Source: Octopus sinensis | Taxonomy: Eukaryota | Assembly: GCF_006345805.1 (NCBI RefSeq) | Contig: NC_043019.1 | Span: 17,731,360 to 17,795,359 of the forward strand | Length of the DNA: 64,000 bases | Direction: 5' to 3' | Part shown: positions 1-12,899 of the stretch, one piece after another | Position numbering within the stretch: position 1 is the stretch's first letter | How the letters are laid out: every line of letters begins with the position of its first letter | Program-made: the position numbers and the translations under genes | Notes under the pieces: model-generated | The model's database searches: none | Told to the model about the DNA's origin: nothing | Seen by the model: the letters and a program-made list of their open reading frames with translations, nothing else

Positions 1-177
1 GTCTGTAATGTAAATGGATATGATACATCTGTTATTTACTATCTTAATTTTTAGATCAGTTCAAATATATGTGGAATATATTTGACTAGTAATAAGGCTA
101 TTTTCACTGAGAGTTGTCGTGGAAAAATTCTGGCTTTGGGCAATAGGTTTTAAAACACTAATGGATATTTCAGTTTT

Positions 178-594
178 GGATCTTTTCGGTTTGACCGGCA
201 GTTTTTTAAAATAATTTCCACGTAACTAAACACTTTAAAACTTCGTATACTGGTAGAATGTGTTTATAAAACATCTTTTTCTCTTGGCTTTATTGAGAAA
301 ATTGTATAGTTTGTAAGATATTTGTTGATTCTTTTCTTCAATTTCTGCAATTTCAACCAATCAATGACGTCTATTGAAGTGAAAACATTCTGTGCCGTAT
401 GAATATGTCCCTCGTTTAAGAAACAGATTGGGTTTATTTACATTTCTGAAGAAAAAAAGATACCCTTCCCCCCACCCCTAATCCTAACCCTAAAACAGAT
501 TGAAATGCAATAGATCGATACTAGGGTCATAATTATGGGTGACAATTTCATATGACACCGCTAGAAAAAACTGCCGTTCGAACCGAAAAGATCC
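178..594. mobile_element. Non-autonomous TIR DNA transposon (MITE family A, about 415 bp, GGATCTTTTCGGTTTGA termini)
   Basis: About 30-bp TIRs ggatcttttcggtttgaccggcagtttttt / aaaaaactgccgttcgaaccgaaaagatcc; near-identical to copies at 11545 and 44590. No TSD visible at this copy. Confidence 0.85.
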
Positions 595-1933
595 ATAATA
601 TCGGTCGACAATTAGACAATTAGACAACGTTGTTCCTGTTGTAGATTTTACTCTGTTCCAACAGAAGCTCTTTGCGATAAGCAAATGTACCAAAAATTGT
701 AATTCAGCTTGGTTGAAAACCATCATAAAAATATGGTCATGCAACAAGTCCGCTACGTTCGCTTACACCAGAAGTTCTCAACCGGGTTCCATATGGCCCT
801 TGGCGTTCCAGATAAGATTTTGTTGTTAAAACTGATCTGCAATAAATTGGTTATACTTCTACAAGAAAGAAAATATCTTAGCGATTTTTTAAAGACAATT
901 CTTAATATTTAATTATAAAAAATATATAATCGCATTTTTTAAACATTGAATAATTATGAGGGTCCACCAGAATAAAATAGGAACCAAAAGGGTCCCTAGA
1001 TGTAGCTTAAGCTACTAGGACCATTGAAATCTGATACTGTTGGTGAGTGAAAATGCGCAACAAATCGGTTTGAAGATTCTGTACTGATTTTAACAAGAGA
1101 GAGAGAGATATATATCAGGTTACGTAATGAAATGGCCATCGCTTATTGGGTGAAATCGGAGCAAGAGGAATGTTATGATAGTTGTCTACCCAAATTCATA
1201 ATATTGGTTTCAAATTCTGGCACAATGCTAGCAATTTCGTGGGGGAAGTAAGTCAATTATATCAACTCCAGTTCTCAACTGATACTTATTTTTATCGACC
1301 CCGAAAGGATGAAAGGCAAAGTCGAAATGCCGCTAAGCATTTCACCCGGCGTCCTTACGATTCTGCCAGTTCGTCGCATTACCCAAATTCATAATACTTG
1401 TACAATGACGCTGCTAAGGAAGGAAGCTGTGCTGTTCGAGATCCATTATTATTTAATATGACTTCGAGTTTCTGCCATCAAACCGTTTGTAAGTAAACGT
1501 TCATCGCCTAAAGTGGAGATGCTGCCTATTTCCGCCTTTTAAGGGTTGGTTTCTTAACTAAGGTGTGAATCAGCCGTTCTTGCCGCTGGGACATTCTTGG
1601 GAGTTCAATCTGATGTCTCTGACGCGGTTTCACTCTCAACTAAGAGAAAGTTTTAAGGCGTGATGTCATCCTCCACTCCTTGCAAAAAAAAAGGCAATTT
1701 TTGGCAGGCTTACGGAGGACCTTCATATCTTTGCTTACTTTCTTGATTGGGAGTTCAGCAAAATAACTCCATTGGTCTCGTTTTATCTGTATTTGACACT
1801 GACGACACCACTCGGTCGAAGTCAGGCTTAAATTGAAATGTTTGGAGCCTCGACGATGCCTGGATGGAGTCTTCGCGGTCATGACTGATGCTAGCGGTCT
1901 TCAAATGAATCATTCTCAACATTATCTCTCGAT

Positions 1934-2274
1934 CAGTAGTTCTTAACTGGGGTCTATATGATCCCAGAGGGTCCATATAAGATTTTTGGGTGTCCACAGA
2001 AGCAAAATAACAAATTGGGGATACACAGTAGTATATCAAGCGCCCATCATAAACTTTTGCTTCAGGTGTATATATTACAAGAAGCAGCTAGATTTCGTTT
2101 GCAAACGTTCTACAAAGTTCAACCTATACAAGTGAATGAGTGAATAACAAAATAGGAATTTTGAAAATTGTATCTGTAAAATTAGTTTCTAGACTTCCAG
2201 TGGCTCAGGGGGTCCACCAGAATAAAATAGTAATGAAAGAGGTCTAGAGGTAAAAAGATAGTTGAGAACTCCTG
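1934..2274. mobile_element. hAT-type MITE
   Basis: TIRs cagtagttcttaact / agttgagaactcctg; 8-bp TSD ctctcgat / ctcttgat; CAG termini. Related fragments near 955-1025 and 8801-9030. Confidence 0.75.
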
Positions 2275-3099
2275 CTCTTGATGCTTAATCATTCATCACA
2301 CTACCTCCTGGTGTTTTTAGTAAATTTCTCTTCCTGTGTGGTTTTCTCTGGGAACATTTATCTCTGATCTTATTTTCATGTCTACCTTTCTCTTCAGGAT
2401 GTAAAACAACACAGTCACTTCAAAACATTGATTCAATTGAACTGCCATCACTAATCTTTTTAATTTTCAAAATGTATATTCTTAACACTAGCTCCTCATT
2501 TTTAGTTTTTAGCAACTTGCAACTTTTTGAATCTTGTAGCCCATGTAAAACTTGGCTTCAGAAGCTGGTGATGAAGTGCACCTTAAAAACAACTCGGGGC
2601 CAGTTTACTTAACTACTCTCTTTTTTAATATCCCCTCTATTTCCCGAGTTCCGTCTTCGTCTGCTCCTCTTTTGTGAACATAACCTCCTCTTCAATTTGG
2701 ACTAGTTCCAACAAAGAGATTGGTGAAGCTCTACAATTGTGGAGTGAGGGGCTTGGCTTTTTAGCCTAAAGCAAGTTAGATCGATACATAGAGTCTGGGA
2801 CAACATACAGTCGAAACAGTTTTCATTCTGTTTCCGATCAACCAGACAAATATTCATGGTGTCGTTTATTTTCTGCGAGTGTAAAATTTACGGAGGTGGG
2901 TGGCGAATTGAAGTTTTGCTTGTGGACAACATCGATGGCTTACTTGGTCCAGATGAGCTCCGCTTCTTCAACACTTTTACAATAGATGTTTTGAGTTCAT
3001 GGGTTGTCACGTTAATTGAATGCTTGCCACGACATACTGAGATAAATTTAATTTTAAAACAAACCTAGCAACACCCCCCTCCCCACAAAAAAATTCAGA

Positions 3100-3484
3100 A
3101 GTGGCTGTGTGGTAAGTAGCTTGCTAACCAACCACATGGTTCTGGGTTCAGTCCCACTGCGTGGCACGTTGGGCAAGTGTCTTCTGCTATAGCCCCGGGC
3201 CGACCAATGCCTTGTGAGTGGATTTGGTAGACGGAAACTGAAAGAAGCCTGTCGTATATATGTATATATATATAAGTGTGTGTGTATATGTTTGTGTGTC
3301 TGTGTTTGTCCCCCTAGCATTGCTTGACAACCGATGCTGGTGTGTTTACTTAGCGGTTCGGCAAAAGAGACCGATAGAATAAGTACTGGGCTTACAAAGA
3401 ATAAGTCCCGGGGTCGATTTGCTCGACTAAAGGCGGTGCTCCAGCATGGCCGCAGTCAAATGACTGAAACAAGTAAAAGAGTAA
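3100..3484 (+). mobile_element. tRNA-derived SINE family 1 (about 390 bp, central (TA)n/(TG)n, agagtaa tail), representative copy
   Basis: A box gtggctgtgtggt, B box ggttcagtccc, CORE-like ccttgggcaagtg. Other copies (approximate): 5972-6175+, 6638-7011-, 9033-9775+, 18835-19106-, 25552-25950-, 27551-27910+, 29320-30013 (three, mixed), 31343-31742-, 34370-34770+, 36729-37145+, 37490-37670+, 38475-38725+, 39703-40497+, 40910-41263-, 43531-43955+, 48559-50305 (four), 55150-55534-, 60402-60894-, 62063-62300-, 62417-62793+. Confidence 0.93.
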
Positions 3485-4106
3485 GTCGTGGGATTACTCA
3501 GGGATGATGGCTAGAGGCTCGATGTACTTATTTTTTGTCCTTGAGTAAGCGGTAGATGTCTTATACGGCACATTAATTTTTCCGTTCTCTCCCAAGCCTT
3601 TAATAAATGCTGCTATGGAGGTGTTGGCTATTATGTCCGTAGGTGAACAAGTATCACCAATTGCAAATAAATTATGTTTTAGAATCCCTGGCATTCGAAA
3701 TGTCTGGAGCTAGGCCGCTAAACATAAATTTCTTAACTTTTTGGCTTCCCATCTGAACGAAGTGTCAGGTAAGACCCGTAAGGACGAATGACAGTTCCTA
3801 ATGATTGCTCGCGGAAATACCGAAAATATTTCGTGTTGCTTCCGTTGATAAGGAGAGAAAAATATCAAGATGTTCAACGGATGCGATAGCACACTCAATA
3901 TGAAATCAACAATGCTATGGCTCTCTCCAAACATCGATTCCTTTCCTAATGTTTCTGTATTACTGGAATCGAGTGTTGTATTGCCAGTATTATATATGGC
4001 GATACTTTTCTTTACACTATAACAGTGTAGTAATAATAAAATAAATAACGAAGCAGGGTAACAACAACGTAACAATCCAACAAACTCCACGAACTACACA
4101 CCAACA

Positions 4107-4465
4107 AGTTAAGTTAAGTTAATTTTTTGGCTCAAAAAGCAAAAAGCAAGGCCATGTAGGGGACATGGAGTTATGTACAGGGTGGTGTTCATGCAAAGAG
4201 TTCAGGCCATTTGTGGTCAAGGGATACTTTGAACCGAGCGGTCGTCGGCATCTTCACTATCTCGTCCGGTAGCTTATTCCACGGATCCGCAACCCGGACG
4301 GAGAAAGCCCCTCTCCTTCGATTGAGATGAAATCATCGCAGATAGAGCTTTTCGGAGTGACCCCGCAGCCGACGCTCTGGGGCAGGTGTGAAGAACAGCT
4401 CTTCCGAGAGGTTACACTTTCCGCTTATGATGTTGTGAGCAAAAATGAGATCACCACGGCAACAA
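4107..4465 (-). mobile_element. 5'-truncated CR1-group LINE 3' end
   Basis: RGDLIFAHNII...RGHSEKL...FSVRVADPWNKLP RT C-terminus followed by a short (TTAAC)n-type tail. Confidence 0.8.
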
Positions 4466-4879
4466 ACGATATTCCGACAAACTACCAAAACGACACCTTC
4501 CAAGTTTCTACGATTAACGCCTGCTCTGTCTCTCGCTCAGACCGCGACTATCTATAGTCGTTCGGTCAAGTATATTCTCACAGGGGGTGTCGTGACCCTC
4601 GTCACAGCATCTTCACTTTTGAGATTTTGACTTCCGTAGGAAACGAAACTTATTTATTTATTCATAATTTTCTTTCCAACACGTCTCCCTTTTTGAAATT
4701 TTGCTTCCCTTGGAAGTTGAGTACCTTTTCCGCTAAGGAATTATTTCTAAATGTCCAGTCTGTTTACGTTTTCTGTTACTGCTCCTTCATGGCTCAACCT
4801 CTTTCCCTGCTGGTACATCGAACATGTCGTAAAACACTTCCGTTGGAGTTTCCTTCCTTGCTTCTGTATATCTGATTTT

Positions 4880-5971
4880 TCATTGATTTAGGCGTTGTTT
4901 ATGCTCCCATCGTTGGCCTTTAATTAAAAACATCATATTTCCAATTCTTATAAGTTACTGCACCATCCTGCCAACTCCCTTTACCGTTCTTGTATACTTT
5001 TAAATGGACTTTGTCTCCGACATCAAAATGTTTAGTTGATTTTTTTAATATTTTCTCTCCATACATTTTTTCCTTTGGCAACAAATTGTAGAAGATCGAT
5101 TTAATCTTTCGAACGAACATTAGCTCTGTAGATGACTTACCAGAACGGGTATTCGGATTGGGCGATATTCTGTAGACCCTTAAGAATTTAGTTAGCGCTT
5201 CATTTCCTAACTCGTTTCTTGCTTTTTTTAGTGCTCGCTTCAAAGTATCTACGAACCGTTCTGCTTGCCCATTTGACGTCGGGTGATAGGGCGGGGTAAA
5301 CATGTGCATGATTGCATGCATTTTGCAGAATTTCTTAAACTCGTATCCAGTAAATTGTGTTCCATTGCCTGATACTATGGTGTTCGGAAGACCGTATCGA
5401 GCAAAAAATTCGTGCAGGAACTCAATTGTTGCCTTCGAAGTAGCTTAACTGCACCTACATACTTCCGGCCACTTGGTAAAGCTATCAACAATGATCAAGT
5501 AGTACGTGCCAGTCACAGGTTCAGCGTAGTCTATATGTACCCTGGACCACGGACTATCCGTCTCAGGCCACGATTGGCATTTCACCAGTGGTGTCTTGGC
5601 TGCTAGCGCAAACTTCTACATGATTTTACCAAATTTTCAAAACTCCCATCAAAGCTTTCATTCTAGACATCCCCGGGTTTCCACTATAAAATTCACGTAA
5701 TACACGTAATATCTGTTTCTGCAGTGCAGTTGGTACTACCATTCTTTTGTGCGTACATTAACACATCGTCGAAGAGTGGAAAATGGTTCGCATTCGTGTT
5801 TCTCTTTTGTTCGTTTTTCAAGGTTTCCTTCATTTTTATGATGTATTTGTCCTCCGCTGATTTACTTTTTATATCTTGTACAGTCCTTTGCAACACCTGA
5901 ATGACATTACACATAACGTTTTTAATTTCCTTTTCTGATTGTAATGCGGCTATCACCGTATCTTCCAGCGT
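4880..5971 (-). mobile_element. Ty3/Gypsy LTR retrotransposon pol fragment (integrase), frameshifted
   Basis: HIDYA...YLIIVDSFTKWPEV and TPPYHPTSNGQAERFVDTLKRAL integrase motifs; cut at 5972 by a SINE. Confidence 0.9.
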
Positions 5972-6184
5972 ATCTGTCCCCCTAGCATTGCTTGACAACC
6001 GATGCTGATGTGTTTATGTCCCCGTTACTTAGCGGTTCGGCAAAAGAGACCGATAGAATAAGTACTGGGCTTACAAAAAATAAGTCCCGGGGTCGATTTA
6101 CTCGACTAAAGGCGGTGCTCCAGCATGGCCGCAGTCAAATGACTGAAACAAGTAAAAGAGTAAAGAGTAAATACACGTATGTAG

Positions 6185-6252
<68 letters not shown>

Positions 6253-6275
6253 TATATATATATATTTATATATAT

Positions 6276-6307
<32 letters not shown>

Positions 6308-6844
6308 CACACACCTATATATATGTATGTATATAGACAACAAATCGAATACTTTCAAATATCCGCTCCATGTTTACAAAGTATTATTGTAAACACACGA
6401 GACCTCTGCGTATAACGATTTAAACCTCGTGTTTATCGCCACACAGTTTATACATACATGTAGTTATGACAGTTTTTGCCATTAGGTATTTTGTTCTAAA
6501 CGCCTACTCTTAACACTTGGTTTTCGTGAAGCTTATTGTTGTGTGTCTCTGTAAACAGGTGCCACATGGAGAAATACCCTTCAGGTTGATATAACCTAAA
6601 TTTTGAACTCCAATACGAACACGTTGATGCCACTATAATACTCTTACTCTTTTACTTGTTTCAGTCATTTGACTGCGGCCATGCTGGAGCACCGCCTTTA
6701 ATCGAGCAAACCGACCCCGGGACTTATTCTTATGTAAGCCCAGTACTTATTCTATCGGTCTCTCTTTTGCCGAACCGCTAAGTAACGGGGACATAAACAC
6801 AGCAGCATCGGTTGTCAAGCAATGCTAGGGGGACAGACACAAAC

Positions 6845-6883
<39 letters not shown>

Positions 6884-8030
6884 CATATATACGACGGGCT
6901 ATATTATATAGGCTATATATATATATAGGCTATATAGGCTACGCAGTGGGACTGAACCCGGAACCATGTGGTTGGTAAACAAGCTACTTACTACACAGCC
7001 ACTCCTGCGCCTATACTGCTTGTGAAAATGTGCCATTTGTGTGTTGTAGCCCTCAATTTTGTCGATAATGTTCTGTTGCTTTGCTTTGTTGATATCTTAC
7101 AGTTCCTGTTAATATTAATAACATAGAAATTAAGTAAAAGTTTTTAATACTTTTAATCTTAAAGTAACAGACCCAGTTCTTCCGGGTTTTCCTCTCTTTG
7201 CGCGTATTTACAGTTGCAGATGTGTTTATACATTTATCTGATCATAATAAAACAGTATCGATCCATGAAATCCAGCAAAGGGTTAATAGTACGGATGAGA
7301 TTAAAGATTTATGTGACAACAACTCATTGTATTATGAATAACTGAAGAGGGGCGCTTAAAGATATAGACTGGTTGAGAGTTAAATGAAAGTGATTCCGTT
7401 GGTTGATAAAGATCCGTTTTCTTGTTTATATAGCAAAATAAACAACCAACAAATGTAGGCGTCCCAGATAAAACAACATTCTTTACGGCTAGCAGCTAGC
7501 TTTGTATGAACACATGTCCTTTCAGTAATAAAGCAGCGAATAATGGTTGTCAGGAGATATAAACACTAAAAGGTCCACGAAGCGAATGAATTACAGGGTG
7601 ACCCTTAGATTATTATCCTTTCCGCTGTTTATTCCCAAATCGATTTCTTACTAATTTATTCATTGTAAATTATTTATGAATATCGAAACATGTTACGCGA
7701 AAGAAGATCGAGGAACTGTTAAAGCAGGTGAAAATTTTCGGAGAGTTTTAATACAAGAATATTTTTCGCAACTGTGTATAACTGCTTGACGAAACCCGAT
7801 CCCAAATACACTCACATCTGTTACCTGCCGCCTAACCGTTTCTTTTCTTTTTGGATTATATATGAGAAACGGGTAAATATAATTTGCTGTAGTTTCTTTT
7901 TATACGAAAGATAATACGAAAGGTTTGAATATGACAAGTATGAGAAATAAGAGGGAAGAGAATTCACAATACTGAAAGTAAACTATCCAGGTTTGGGCAG
8001 TAGACCTCTGGCAGCGGACTGGACGTAATC

Positions 8031-8161
8031 ATGGATAATTACGAAGAAAATGAGAAGGAACCTGGTGAGAATGTTTACCTTACAGTAAAGACTCCGGAAT
8101 GTGATGTATCTCTGTCCCAGTCGATACAAAATCTTACGAAATCAGTGCAAAACCTCGCAAG
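8031..8161 (+). CDS. SLC16/MCT-family MFS transporter, putative first coding exon (MDNYEENEKEPGENVYLTVKTPECDVSLSQSIQNLTKSVQNLA-R)
   Basis: ATG at 8031 in unique sequence, 43 open codons plus AG, then a GTATGT donor at 8162. The phase-2 end joins exon 32009 (AG+A = Arg). Not in the ORF track because it is short. The N-terminal tail is not conserved, so support is splice signals and phase only. Confidence 0.65.
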
Positions 8162-9181
8162 GTATGTACGAAGTTATTTAATTGTTTAACCCTAGCTGCT
8201 CTCCTATTGAGCGAACATATGATAACTGACGCTCTAGTCGTGACCTATCTGTTTTTTTTTTTTTTTTTAACTGTATCTTAGATGATACTACATTGCTTAA
8301 TGTATCTTCCTTTATTTAAGACTGGTGTGATGTGATTTGACGGGAATTTGGCTGCTGTTTCTAGCAGTCCGATCGATCTCGTGGAGGCTCACCTCCTTCG
8401 TTCATAACATCCCGACCAAGTTTGTTACTGCTTCCACTCATATACGGACGGAATTGGTGAAGGTGCGTGCGTGCGGGCGGGCGGACGGGCGGGCGCTTGG
8501 GTTGGCGATTTCTTCTTCTTCGCACATTCAAACCGGTGATTAATTAAGAAAGTGGCAAAACTCTTTTCTACGAATCAAAACGGTTCCTAGAATTTGTGAA
8601 CATGTGAGTTGATATGTACATAGATGTAGGTGCACATGTATGCGGGCACCTATGTATGTATGTGTGTGTGTGTGTATGTGTGTGTGTATGTATGTGTGTA
8701 TGTATGTATGTTTGTTTGAAGCCTTTCAAGTCAACCGCTTTCTCAAGAAAGAACCAGTTCAGAGCACAAATGTAATGGAGGTTATTGAGACGATATAGGT
8801 CAGCGGTTCTTAACTATTTTTTTTGGTTTAGCTACGGACCCCTTTAATATTTATTTTCCTTAGAAGGGCCCTCATAGCCATTCGCCGTTTAAAAATCCCC
8901 GTTATTATATTTTCTTATAATTGAATTTTATTAGAAACTGTGTAAAAGAATTGTAAAAATATTTTGTGTGTTGTAGAAATATAACGATTTATGGCACATA
9001 AATTTGAACAACAAAATCCTATACGGACCCCTCTGCGTGGTAAGTAGCTTGCTTACCAACCACATGGTTCCGGGTTCATTCCCACTGCGTGGCACCTTGC
9101 GCATGTGTCTTCTACTATAGCCTCGTGCCGACCAAAGCCTTGTGAGTGGATTTGGTAGACGGGAACTATACGAAGCCCGTC

Positions 9182-9618
<437 letters not shown>

Positions 9619-10979
9619 TGTGTCTGTGTTTGAAACCCCAACATCGTTTGACAACCGGTGCTGGTGTGTTTACGTCCCCGTCACGTAGCGGGTCGATTTG
9701 CTCGACTAAAGGCGGTGCTCCAGCATGGCCGCAGTCAAATGACTGAAACAAATGAAAAAATAAAAGAAAGGGTTTCCCCTGTTCTTTTAGTTATAATTTT
9801 TGTTCAGATGTGCCACCGAATACCGCAGGTGGAAAAAGTTTGCGGGACACTGATATAGAGCCAGGTTCTACTGATGGAAATTCAGACAACTATTGTATCA
9901 AGAAGAAGCGATCATGCCTCTGGGTGTATAATGTATGCTTGGGCATTCCTACAGAATAGCGTGGAATAGCACCAAAGAGCGTAATTTTTCAGAAGCGCTT
10001 CTTTTTTAAGCATAGCAGATTTATATTCTGCACAAACGGATGGGGTCTGGTGGAATATAGTCCAACCACGACCGTCTCCCGCACTGCCCGCAGATGTCAT
10101 TTGGCGGAAACCCAACAAAGATGTGAAAGAATTGTTTTCTTTGAAATGAAAATATTACAAACCTAATCTGACAAAAATGGTCATTGGGCGATCTTTGTTT
10201 TCTTTTTATTATAATTTGTTTTAAAGAACACTAAAAGATAAGAAATCTTTTAAAAATTCTTCAAAAATCACTTGAAGTATTTCCAAATTTCACCAGATAT
10301 CTAAAAAAAAATTTTCTAATTTTGGTGTAGTTTTACACGCTGATGGCGAAAATCCCATTCATTTTTACTAGAAATTAATAATTGTAAACAAAGTTTGGTG
10401 GTGGAATTATGTTATTATTACCACTGCCACCGCTACCGTTTTCTTCTAAACTTTGTTTACAATTTTATCATAAGCAAACAGAGTTTGCATTTGACATCGC
10501 TTTATGGGGCCCGCTAAGTGCTTTATTTTAATATCGTTATGTCTGTCCCGCCAAGTGCTTTAACGACCGTGAGTTCCATGGAGATTGATTTTAATTTAAA
10601 TATTAATAACGCTAACAATGGAAAGCACCTGGGTCTGTCACAAGCGACGAAATAAACGGATCCATTACACAATGTTTCATCCATTTTTGTTCTTAGACGT
10701 TGGCTGCTGTTTCTAGCAGATCAAGAGATCACATAATGGTTACGTCTTGTGTGCGTGTGTGTGTGCTGTTTCCATGGAGACAGTTGCGACTTCCGATTGG
10801 CTAAAATTACATAATTTTTTTTTAATTTTGTAATTTTACCCAATTGGAAGCCGTTATAATTGTGACTTTTTCTTTCTTTTGTTCTTTTTTTAAAAATTAA
10901 TTTCTAGGTAAAAAATGTGGTTTTCGTCATCGTTATGCAAAACTACATCAGCATAGAAAAAAAAAAAAGAAAAAAATCA

Positions 10980-11168
10980 GGATCTTTTCGGTTTGAAGGG
11001 CAGTTTTTTCTAGCGGTGTCGTATGAAATTGCCACCCATAATTATGACCCTAGTATCGATCTATTGCATTTCAATCTGTTTTAGGGTTGGGGTTGGTTAG
11101 GGTTAGTCAACTAACCCAATTTCATATGACACCGCTAGAAAAAACTGCCGTTCAAACCGAAAAAATCC
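10980..11168. mobile_element. MITE family A, internally deleted copy
   Basis: Both TIRs present; degenerate 8-bp TSD aaaaatca / aaaattca. Confidence 0.8.
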
Positions 11169-11544
11169 AAAATTCAGTTTACTATTTTAAATGCTGCAAG
11201 TAATTAGAAAAAATTTTTAACAGGTCCAAAATAGACGGAATAACGCAGTCGATGGCATTTTACAATCTGTTAAAACATTTCAGCCAAATCAGTGTAGGAT
11301 GATCGATACACCGCAAAGCACCTGTAATCTTTAAAGTCTTTAAATCCCAGATTGCTTCTCTCGTGATACAAACTCGCCCCAGAACAACAGACTGTTGGCA
11401 TACCTACACATTGTACCTCACCTGACTTTGTTTCTTCATAACTTCCAGAAAAATAGATATTTTTTAATGAAATTTTCTATAAATACGCTTCAGATGGTGT
11501 AGATTCCGATTATATCGGAATTTATCGTGAGGAAAAAAAGTTTC

Positions 11545-11960
11545 GGATCTTTTCGGTTTGAACGGCAGTTTTTTTCTAGCGGTGTCATATGAAATTGTCA
11601 CCCATAATTATGACCCTAGTATCAATCTATTGCATTTCAATCTGTTTTAGGGTTGGGGGTGGGGGGAAGGGTATCTTTTTTTCTTCACAAATGTAAATAA
11701 ACCCAATCTGTTTCTTAAACGAGGGACATATTCATACAGCACAGAATGTTTTTTTTTTACCTCAATAGACGTCAGTGATTGGTTGAAATTGCCGAAATGC
11801 AAGACATTAAAGACCAAATATCTTACAAACCATAGAATTTTCTCAATAAAGCCAAGAGAAAAAGATGTTTTATAAACACATTCTACCAGTATACGAAGTT
11901 TAAAATTATTTAGTTACCTAAAAATTATGTTAAAAACTGCCGTTCAAACCGAAAAGGTCC
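11545..11960. mobile_element. MITE family A, full copy with 8-bp TSD
   Basis: Both TIRs present; perfect TSD aaagtttc at 11537-11544 and 11961-11968; opposite orientation to the 178 copy. Confidence 0.92.
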
Positions 11961-12463
11961 AAAGTTTCTGTGGATGGGAAGAGGAGTTTCGGAACATTCA
12001 CACGAGTTGGCTTTGTATCCTCGTAACTTTCAGAAAAATATGTTCTTTTCAATGTAATTTTCTACAAATAATTTTCAGAGTGTGCAAATTACGATTGTAT
12101 CGGAATTTGATGTGAACAGAAAAATAGTGAACACACACCTGCTAACACACAACACAATTTCTTTCGAAATTTCAAGCTTCGTTTTGTGACCTCGTGTGTA
12201 CCGTTGGCGATTTTTTCCCTCTGTCTTCCCTTCTCTGGATCTTTCCTTTTCCTATGTTTCCGACGAAGACCTCCGCTCGAAACGTTAAACCCTCCTTCTT
12301 TCCTGAGCGTCCAATAATACTATATTTGTTCCACGTCCTCGCGTTGTTGTATTTTCTTGTTTGGATTAACTTTATATATATATATATATATAATTAATTA
12401 ATAAGGGTGAGAGAATTAGATACTAATTTAATAGTATATCTATTCAACACCAAGTGGCACTCT

Positions 12464-12587
<124 letters not shown>

Positions 12588-12651
12588 TAAAACGGTAAGA
12601 TAACAAAAGAAAGAAAGAGACCTCATATTATGTAAATAGAGGAAATTTATC

Positions 12652-12860
12652 TATACAATAATATGTTACATTACTCGATAGTCAAGATAAAACTCTGAGT
12701 TTCAGATGCCGAAGTGGAAATCCACAACACCATCTCTTCGGTTATCTAGCTATTTGAGGTTTTCAAATAGCCAGATAACCGAAGAGATGGTGTTGTGGAT
12801 TTCCACTTCGGCATCTGAAACTCAGAGTTTTATCTTGACTATCGAGTAATGTAACATATT

Positions 12861-12868
<8 letters not shown>
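12652..12868. repeat. Near-perfect palindrome, 106-bp arms, 5-nt loop
   Basis: 12652-12757 is the reverse complement of 12763-12868 with one mismatch (12748/12772); loop ggttt. Confidence 0.95.

Positions 12869-12899
<31 letters not shown>

Noticed and set aside
2809-3036. Two apparent minus-strand mini-exons (3036-2944 and 2872-2809) with good AG/GT signals
   Set aside because: The only open frame of the first ends in phase 1 while the second is open only in phase 0, so joining them gives a stop; no recognisable protein.
3494-4090. Two minus-strand ORFs (66 and 126 aa) in non-microsatellite sequence
   Set aside because: No motif I can recognise; they may belong to the adjacent Gypsy remnant but cannot be supported.
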